Origin: Histomonas meleagridis 2922-C6/04-290x
Taxonomy: Eukaryota; Protista; Parabasalia
NCBI GenBank assembly: GCA_020184695.1
Contig: JAANOX010000139.1
Span: 1-39,058, forward strand
Direction of reading: 5' to 3'
Length of the DNA stretch: 39,058 nucleotides
The notes under the pieces were generated by a model that was not told the origin of the DNA, did not search any database, and was given only the letters and a program-made list of their open reading frames with translations. The position numbers were made by a program, and so were the translations under genes. The first letter of the stretch is position 1; each line of letters opens with the position of its first letter. This document shows positions 21,059 to 29,733 of the stretch, piece by piece.

Positions 21059-22753
21059 TTATTGAGAAATTTTTTCGATTTGTTCATCTTCAGGGACACC
21101 TTCGCCTTGTAAAATCGCATCAGAATATATCACCAACTTAAAGTCGTCTGCAACTCCACGAAATGCATTTCTTTCGATTGTAATTGTTCCTTTATGATTT
21201 AGAACAACTTTATGAAGATTAATGCATTCAATAAATGCACCACGTCCTAAATATGATACGCCTTCAGGAACATCAAACGATTCGATACCAGAACAGCAAA
21301 ATCCGTCTTCTTCAATGGTTTCAAGTTGAGAGCCTTCTTCAAAAGTGACACTTTTCAATTTATGTGTATCAGCAAAAGTGCCAATTCCAATGACTTTTAA
21401 TGATTTAGGCAAAACGATCTTTTCAAGAAGTGGAATAGAGAATGAACATTTTCCAATGGATTCTAACTTTGAATCTGGTGCAAATGAAACTGTCTTCAAT
21501 TTCTCACAATTCAAAAATACTGATTCACCAATCTTACGAACATTTGCAGGGATTTCTATCTCTTCTATAGCTGAACCTGCGAGTGATCCTTCTTCGATTT
21601 CTTCAAGTTGAGAGTTATGTGGAAATATAATTGATCGAAGACCTTGACAACCAGCGAAAGTATAGCCTCCAATGAACTTTAAGGAAGACGGGAGCTTCAC
21701 TGTATCGATTGGCGTTGAAGCGAATGCAAGTCTGTCAATAATTTCAATTTCTGAATTATCTTGGAAAGTAAGAATTTTCAAGTTTTTACAAGAAGCAAAC
21801 CCACCCTCATCGATTTTCTTCACAGAAGAAGGAATTTCGACACTTTTTATTGCGGAATGTGAAAATGAATATTTTTGAAGAACTTGTAACTTTGAATTTT
21901 CTTGAAAAGATAATGATTCCAAAGCAGCACAGCCACTAAATGCGAACGGGGAAATGATTTCTACTGTGTTAGGGATCTTTACAATAGTTTTATTTCTTTC
22001 GCAAAAATAAATAATTGTTTTGTTGTGATTAAAAAGAAGTCCATGTTGAACACAGAAATTGTTATTTGTTGCTGCAACTGTTATTGATGATAAAGCCCCA
22101 CAATTACGAAATGCTAATTCTCCGAATTTTTTTAATGTTCTCGGTAATGTAAGAGATATTTTTGTTTTAGGGCATAAAATCATTTCTGTTTTGTCTTTGT
22201 TATATAAAACACCGGCTTCTGTTGAGTAATATTCGTTTTTAGGAGAAATTGTAATTGATTGGAGTGAGTTATTTTGTATTAAAATATCATCTGGAATGAT
22301 TTTTAACGTTGCTGGCAATGTTATTGAAGTCTTATCTTTGGGAAGATTTAAAAGAATTGTTTTTTCTTTGTTGTATAATACTCCATTTTCTTCAACATAA
22401 TGTTGGTTAGCAGGAGTAACTTTGATTTCATTTAACATTCTTGCACCACTACGCCACATGTTACCAACTAAAGATAAATTAGGTGGTAATGTTAGACGAA
22501 TTAAAGATGATTCAGAAAAACATCCATTACCAAATGAAGTAACTTTAGATCCTTTACCGAATGTTATTGATTTGATACCTGTTCTAGCAAATGCAAAATC
22601 TTCTATTCCGATAACTGTATATTGTTTTCCATCAGATTCCACAAAAACAGGAATAACAATATTTTTACTTGCCATTGGTGAAGGCGCAACTGTTGCCGTC
22701 ATATTTTCTTCATTTAGACGGAAGTTTACTAAATCTACTGTTATTATCGACAT
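21059..22753 (-). CDS. BspA-like leucine-rich repeat (LRR_5) protein, no TM helix seen
   Basis: Many TpLRR units (IPSSVKKIDEGGFASCKNLKILTF; LPKSLKVIGIGTFADTHKLKSVTF), three GVLYNK.KT units, and a TAAA stop. Confidence 0.92.
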   Translation of the reverse strand: MSIITVDLVNFRLNEENMTATVAPSPMASKNIVIPVFVESDGKQYTVIGIEDFAFARTGIKSITFGKGSKVTSFGNGCFSESSLIRLTLPPNLSLVGNMWRSGARMLNEIKVTPANQHYVEENGVLYNKEKTILLNLPKDKTSITLPATLKIIPDDILIQNNSLQSITISPKNEYYSTEAGVLYNKDKTEMILCPKTKISLTLPRTLKKFGELAFRNCGALSSITVAATNNNFCVQHGLLFNHNKTIIYFCERNKTIVKIPNTVEIISPFAFSGCAALESLSFQENSKLQVLQKYSFSHSAIKSVEIPSSVKKIDEGGFASCKNLKILTFQDNSEIEIIDRLAFASTPIDTVKLPSSLKFIGGYTFAGCQGLRSIIFPHNSQLEEIEEGSLAGSAIEEIEIPANVRKIGESVFLNCEKLKTVSFAPDSKLESIGKCSFSIPLLEKIVLPKSLKVIGIGTFADTHKLKSVTFEEGSQLETIEEDGFCCSGIESFDVPEGVSYLGRGAFIECINLHKVVLNHKGTITIERNAFRGVADDFKLVIYSDAILQGEGVPEDEQIEKISQ

Positions 22754-22919
22754 AAAAAGTGGCCGGAATAGGAAATGTTACATGAAATCAAACAAAAAAA
22801 TTCATTTTTTACTCAGATTTAATTTAAATTCAGCACGTAATTGTTATTTTTTTTAAACAATGCTTTATTCGTAAATGAATTTTTACTAAAAAAAATTATA
22901 TAAATTAAATTTAATTATT

Positions 22920-23325
22920 GAAGCCGCCGCTTATTACATCATCGTGATGAACTTTTGTTTGATGAACTTATCAAAAAAGATTCTTTCCATGTAGAAACTC
23001 TTGATTGCTATTCTAATCTCTTATTTGTCAAAGGTGATATAGCTGGTCTTGCTTCTCTTGTTCAAACTCTCCATAAAATCTAAAGTTTTCTCTGACTATG
23101 CAATTCCATCCATACTAAAGCATTAGAATTAAATCCTCGAGATTTTAGAGCGCTCTATGGAATGGGCCTTGCATATGAAATGTCTAATATGCTTTACTTG
23201 AGTTTTCAATATCAATTACAATTAATCCTTTTGACTCAAGAATTTGGATGGCACTTGGAGAATGTTATGAGAAACTGAACGAAAAAGAAAATGCAATCAG
23301 ATGTTAGCAACGTGCAGTTTGTATC
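22920..23325 (+). pseudogene. CDC23: APC8/Cdc23 TPR-region pseudogene fragment
   Basis: Three segments match Cdc23 TPR motifs: FDELIKKDSFHVETLDCYSNLLFVK, KALELNPRDFRALYGMGLAYE and PFDSRIWMALGECYEKLN. Stops, frameshifts and an internal deletion separate them. Confidence 0.75.
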
Positions 23326-23439
23326 TAATATTATGCAGCTTTTTTGAGTTTATTTTCAATTAATCGATGTTGAATATTATTATTTATATTATCTGGTGTG
23401 AAAAAACTTGATTACTATTAAGATAAAATGTACATTGAA

Positions 23440-24560
23440 GTAAATTATTTAATTTAATATGTTGTGATGGTGAAGAAAATGAATATGTATATGTATCTTC
23501 TTTAGAACCATCAATATTTATTCATTTTCATTTTCAATAGTTGTGGTCTCTATTGAATTAGTTGAATCTGAATTTATTTGTATAAATGAATGTAATCTTT
23601 GTAATGCTCCTGTTTGATCATGTAAATCACATAATAAAGATCCCATTTGATGTTGATCAAATTATTTATTCGACAGCAATAATTATATCTCTAATCTAAA
23701 TATAATGTCAATGATAATTTCCAATATTGTTCTTTATTAATATTAATACTTAATGAATAATTAATTTAGAATTCTTGTATTAATCTTTATACATCTTTTG
23801 TATATATTCTTGATTATTTAAATTATATAAATGTTGTTGTTTAATTGATTTGGAGAAGTTGCGTTATTGGATTTAAATTATTTGTTGCAACCATTTTCCA
23901 AAACTTGTCAAAACTTTTATTTTAACGTTCGTTTCATATTACAAGAAGAATTGGATCTCGTTTAAATTGGTTATATTTTTACTTATGGATGAGTAGTTGA
24001 TTAAGTCAGAAAAAAAATCAAAATTTTTTTTTGGCTTGGATTCCATATTAGATGCCAAAAAAATCAGTAAAATATTAATCTTTATAGAGTTTGTAAACTT
24101 ACTTTCGCTCTTTGGTATGGGTTCTTCTGATGTATCTTATGGACAATCAATAGGTTCTGGTTTATATTGCCCAACTGGTTATGGATCAAATTCAGGATAA
24201 TTTTATGGAGGACTTTCAGGAGGATATCCATGAGGTGCATCTCCATCTATTATTGGTTCATAATCTTAATCAATTTCTTAAAGATAAATAAAAATAATGT
24301 TTTCTTCTGAACATTGAATATTATTAGAAGACTTTTGACAATTTCATGTGCATGGATTTTTTGTTATCTTAAAGTGTGTTGCAGGTGGATATAATAATTC
24401 ATCTTTATTATTAAAAAAATCTTTTACTGTTTTCATATTCATTTTTGCTTCTATTTTAATGACATAATTGGGATTTTCATTATAAATTGAATATAAACTT
24501 GATGACACCAAAGTGAATGTTCTTGTAACATAAAAAAAAATAATATTTTTGCGAATTAAT
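23440..24560 (-). pseudogene. Decayed gene of unknown function (weak ADP-ribosyltransferase-like motif, Pro-rich linker)
   Basis: A protein-like frame runs VTRTFTLVSSSL...KDELLYPPATHFKITK...GDAPHGYPPESPP*NYPEFDP*PVGQYKPEPIDCP*DTSEE, with repeated in-frame TAA. Confidence 0.45.
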
Positions 24561-25007
24561 ATAGAGGAAATAATATAATTTTCATTGAAAACAGGATGAT
24601 TTAACTCGATTTGTTATAAAAAAAATCATATCACCAAAATAAAATTAAAATATTTTTTTATCTATATCATATTTTTTTTAATAAATTCGATAAATAAATA
24701 ATCTTCCATATCATAGATCATATAAATATATAAAAAAACAATATTATCACACTTTTTTATTTCAGACTTTGAGATTCAGGAAATTGATGTTGGTTATAAA
24801 TTAATGTTTATGACATTATAAATAGGATGTATCAAGATATGATCAAATTAACTTTTTATCATATATATATATATATATGTATTTACTTTATCAAAATATT
24901 AATATTTTTATATCAACTATTACCAGTCTGGAGATCATATATTGAAAAAGAAAACAAAGATAATAAAAAATGCCAAATATAAAAGTGTCAAATTTATTCA
25001 CAACCTG

Positions 25008-27493
25008 ATGCCTTCTCAACACCAAAAAGAATTTGTATCATTTATTAAATGGCAAATCGAACAAAAAATATTTGATATTAATGGTAAATATGTTTCTCAT
25101 GAATATTGAATGTTTAATAATTTTTTTTGGAATTAATATAAAATTAATGAAACAGCACTTCATTGGGCAACACGCAAAGGTCATTCTGAAGTTACAAAAG
25201 TTCTTCTTTTACAAGAAGGAATTGATATTAATGCTAAAGGTATTTATTTATTTTATTTAAAAGTTATTTTAATAATTTTATATTTCAAAATAATATTTGG
25301 AAATTATTTAAATTATTTAAAACAGCACTTATTTATGCATCTTTAAATGGTCATACAGAAATAGTTAAATTACTTCTTGAAAAAGAAGGAATTGATATTA
25401 ATGCTAAAGGTATTTATTTGTTTTATTTGATATTTATTTTAATAATTTTATATTTCAAAATAATATTTGGAAATTATTTAAATTATTTGAAACAGCACTT
25501 ATTTGGGCATCTTCAGAAGGTCATACAGAAATAGTTAAATTACTTCTTGAACAAGAAGGAATTGATATTAATGCTAAAGGTATTTTTTTGTTTTATTTAA
25601 TATTTATTTTAATAATTTAATATTTCAATATAATATTTGGAAATCATTTAAATTATTTTATACAGCACTTTTTTTAGCATCTAAAAAAGGACATACAGAA
25701 ATAGTTAAATTACTTCTTGAACAAGAAGGAATTGATATTAATGCTAAAGGTATTTATTTGTTTTATTTGATATTTATTTTAATAATTTATTATTTCAAAA
25801 TAATATTTGGAAATTATTTAAATTATTTAAAACAGCACTTATATGGGCATCTAAAAAAGGACATACAGAAATAGTTAAATTACTTCTTGAACAAGAAGGA
25901 ATTGATATTAATGCTAAAGATATTTATTTGTTTTATTTAAAATTTATTTTAATAATTTTGGACTATTTCAAAATAATATTTGGAAATTATTTAAATTATT
26001 TAAAACAGCACTTATATGGGCATCTAAAAAAGGACATACAGAAATAGTTAAATTACTTCTTGAACAAGAAGGAATTGATATTAATGCTAAAGATATTTAT
26101 TTGTTTTATTTGAAATTTATTTTAATAATTTTGGACTATTTCAAAATAATATTTGGAAATTATTTAAATTATTTCAAACAGCACTTATATGGGCATCTAA
26201 AAAAGGACATACAGAAATAGTTAAATTACTTCTTGAACAAGAAGGAATTGATATTAATGCTAAAGATATTTATTTGTTTTATTTAAAATTTATTTTAATA
26301 ATTTTGGACTATTTCAAAATAATATTTGGAAATTATTTAAATAATTTAAAACAGCACTTATTTTAGCATCTTCAAAAGGTCATACAGAAATAGTTAAATT
26401 ACTTCTTGAACAAGAAGGAATTGATATTAATGCTAAAGATATTTATTTGTTTTATTTGAAATTTATTTTAATAATTTTGGACTATTTCAAAATAATATTT
26501 GGAAATTATTTAAATTATTTTATACAGCACTTATATGGGCATCTAAAAAAGGACATACAGAAATAGTTAAATTACTTCTTGAACAAGAAGGAATTGATAT
26601 TAATGCTAAAGGTATTTTTTTGTTTTATTTAATATTTATTTTAATAATTTAATATTTCAATATAATATTTGGAATTTATTTAAATTATTTGAAACAGCAC
26701 TTATTTTAGCATCTTCAAAAGGTCATACAGAAATAGTTAAATTACTTCTTGAACAAGAAGGAATTGATATTAATGCTAAAGATATTTATTTGTTTTATTT
26801 AAAATTTATTTTAATAATTTTGGACTATTTCAAAATAATATTTGGAAATTATTTAAATAATTTAATACAGCACTTATTTGGGCATCTAGATATGGTTATA
26901 CAGAAATAGTTAAATTACTTCTTGAACAAGAAGGAATTGATATTAATGCTAAAGATATTTATTTGTTTTATTTGAAATTTATTTTAATAATTTTATATTT
27001 CAAAATAATATTTGGAAATTATTTAAATTATTTAAAACAGCACTTATTTGGGCATCTTCAAAAGGTCATACAGAAATAGTTAAATTACTTCTTGAACAAG
27101 AAGGAATTGATATTAATACTAAAAATATTTATGTACTTTATTTAAAATTTATTTTAATAATTTTGTATTTCAAAATAATATTTGGAAATTATTTAAATTA
27201 TTTAAAACAGCACTTATTTTAGCATCTTCAAAAGGTCATACAGAAATAGTTAAATTACTTCTTGAACAAGAAAGAATTGATATCGATACTAAAAATATTT
27301 ATTTGTTTTGTTTCAAGTATTTTTAAATAATATGATATTTCATATAAACATTTGGAATTACTTTCAAACATATAAAACAGCGCTTATAATAGCATCAGAA
27401 AATAAAAATGCAGAAATTATTCGATTATTTGCAGACAAAATTCAACATCATAAATGTGATGACATAATAAAACTAAAAGATTCTCAAGGATAA
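25008..27493 (+). CDS. Ankyrin-repeat gene 2: 13 near-identical ANK modules plus a C-cap module, separated by 14 inserts
   Basis: ATG 25008 is preceded by Inr-like TCACA. Modules start at 25152, 25322, 25492, 25662, 25832, 26005, 26178, 26351, 26524, 26694, 26867, 27037, 27207 and 27377. No module has a stop or indel. The gene ends ...KLKDSQG*TAAA. It codes only if the inserts are removed or bypassed. Confidence 0.65.
25152..27376 (+). repeat. Tandem array of 170/173-nt units (87-nt ANK module plus 83/86-nt AT-rich insert)
   Basis: Periods are 170,170,170,170,173,173,173,173,170,173,170,170,170. Confidence 0.97.
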
Positions 27494-28379
27494 AAGAGGA
27501 AATATTTAAATATTGAAATAAACATTTCCTAAATTCAGTTTGTTTTAATACATTATTATTAACGCATGAAATTTGATAAATATTATTATTATATGAATCA
27601 AAATTTGATAAATAGAATATTTTATATCATATTTCATTTCATGATTTTCATATAATTTGATGATAATTTTTGTGAAAAATATTATGAAAAAAAAATTATA
27701 TTTATTTAATTGATTTAATGGTAGATAATAAAATATTATTATATTTAGAAAAAATTGATTTATTAAATGTAATTCCATTATTATATAAATTATTTACTGT
27801 CGATACATAATAATCTTCTATGAAATGATCAGATTGGAAAATTTTATGAACACACTTTTATATAGGGTCTGTTTATTTCCGAATAATATTTTATTAAATC
27901 ATTTTTTAAGCCTGAAAATAAACAAATAAATACCAATATAAATCTGCTTCACTCACCCTTTCTAATCCTACCTAAAAAAATAAAATAAAATAAAAAAATT
28001 TTGCACATGCTTCCAGATTTTCGTTGGATTTAATAGAAGATATATGTTAATACTTTACTTTCATAGAATTCTTTTACATTAGTATAAATTCCAATTCAGA
28101 ATATACATCAGAAATTTCTTATCCTTTTACGTATATAATAGATACAATCTCGGATTTAATTTCATTTATTATCTCCAAATATATCAGGTATTCGAATAAA
28201 TATTGAATTCGAAATTATAGTATTGTTTATGATAAATATACCACGATAATTATAATATATCCACCAGGTACAATAAATAAATCATATTCATTACCAAAAT
28301 CAAATTTTTAATATTTCAGGTTATTCATTTTCGAGAAGTAATCAAATTGAAAATATTATGCTTGATGAAAATGTTCGAA

Positions 28380-28612
28380 ATTCATACTTTTTCACATTTT
28401 TCTAATTCAAAGAAACTCGATTTTCGAAAATCGAAATGTTATTATCATTACTGTTTGCTCAATAATTAGTGCTATTATTGTTATATCTTTGCTTGTCATT
28501 TTGCTCATTAAGATCAATAATTAGAAACATCCGAGTGATGAACAAGAAGAAGAAAATTATGAGCAAAGTAATTACGAAGTACAAGCTCATTTCAGGATAA
28601 TAATTTATCATT
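28380..28612 (+). pseudogene. Remnant TM/cytosolic tail of a surface protein
   Basis: IIITVCSIISAIIVISLLVILLIKINN*KHPSDEQEEENYEQ is a TM helix with an acidic tail and a stop; the upstream region is fragmented. Confidence 0.45.
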
Positions 28613-28858
28613 AACTAATCTGTAAGAAGATCTATTCGACGATGATTTTAAAGAAAAAAATTTATAAATAAAATTTAGACATTGGTTGAATATTTAAATA
28701 TTTCTAATAATATTTATATATTTTTGTAGGTTTAATTCAAGTTTTCCATCTTCGTTCGAATTTCTAAGTATAGTTTACTTAGATTACAAATAAATTTCTC
28801 GAAAGTTGGAAAGAAAAATTTATCCGAGAAAGATAACTATTTATTGATTTGTTTGATT

Positions 28859-29276
28859 TTAGTTGCGTTCACCACGAATGCGTTGTGCAAGTTGTACATC
28901 ACGTTCCATAATTGTAACACGGTTTGCATGAATTGCACAAAGGTTTGTATCTTCAAAGAGTCCTACAAGATAAGCTTCTGATGCTTCTTGAAGAGCTGCA
29001 ATAGCTGATGATTGGAAACGAAGATCACCACGAAATCCTGACGCAATTTCACGGACAAGACGTTGGAATGGAAGCTTACGGATTAAAAAGGTCTGTGCTC
29101 TTTTGGTATTTACGAATTGCACGAAGAGCAACTGTACCTGGTCTGAAACGATGTTGTTTCTTAGCGCCTTGTGAATCAACAACTGGTGTTGACTTACGAG
29201 CTGCCTTAGCACCGAGTGATTTGCGTGGAGTCTTACCACCAGTAGATTTACGAGCTGTTTGTTTTGTGCGAGCCAT
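28859..29276 (-). pseudogene. H3: Histone H3, parabasalid type, with a +1 frameshift (pseudogene or assembly error)
   Basis: Reads [29 protein letters not shown]...KSTDL | [13 protein letters not shown]...RIRGERN*. There is one extra T in the run at 29085-29089, and the conserved ALREIR reads ALRAIR. A TCATTT Inr lies upstream. Confidence 0.9.
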
Positions 29277-29733
29277 TATGGAAATGAATTTGTGAAAATG
29301 GAGGGAAAAATTCGAAAGCATTTTTTTGCCATTATGCTCCTATTTATTTTGAAAGGAATTTCATTTCTATTTCTTTAACGGACATGTCAAATGATAACCA
29401 ATTGAAAATTGTGAAGTTTGTTAGGAATTTTTGATAACAAAACCTTTATTTCGGTTTCCCAAACAGGAACATAAAAAAAGCAAAAACATAATCAAGAACC
29501 CATAATCACTGCATTTTTTTCTACTTTATTATCCGAAACAAAATCACATAATTATTTTATATATATTTATTAAATTTTTATAACAATAACACTGCAAATT
29601 CTTTTTTCATTCTCCATCCATTCCATTTTTGAATTTTCAAATGAACCGCCGAATTTGATAGCGATTAGCCTCTCGAAACGGACCAAACAGCTCTGAAAAA
29701 GTGGTGCTTTGGTTATGCACAGCCACTTTGTTT

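Noticed and set aside
24000-24300. TAA/TAG-to-Gln genetic code reassignment
   Set aside because: The long intact ORFs have no internal TAA/TAG, use CAA for Gln and end in TAA or TAG; the internal TAAs are confined to decayed genes.
24861-24878. (AT)9 microsatellite
   Set aside because: Expected in an AT-rich genome.
25152-27376. CRISPR-like repeat/spacer array
   Set aside because: Both parts of the unit are homologous between copies, the 87-nt part encodes ankyrin, the units are too long, and no cas genes are present in this eukaryotic context.
29641-29733. Upstream in-frame ATG 29641 / GTG 29701 start for the phosphorylase
   Set aside because: ATG 29641 is followed by TGA TAG after five codons; ATG 29734 has an Inr-like motif and is the simpler start.
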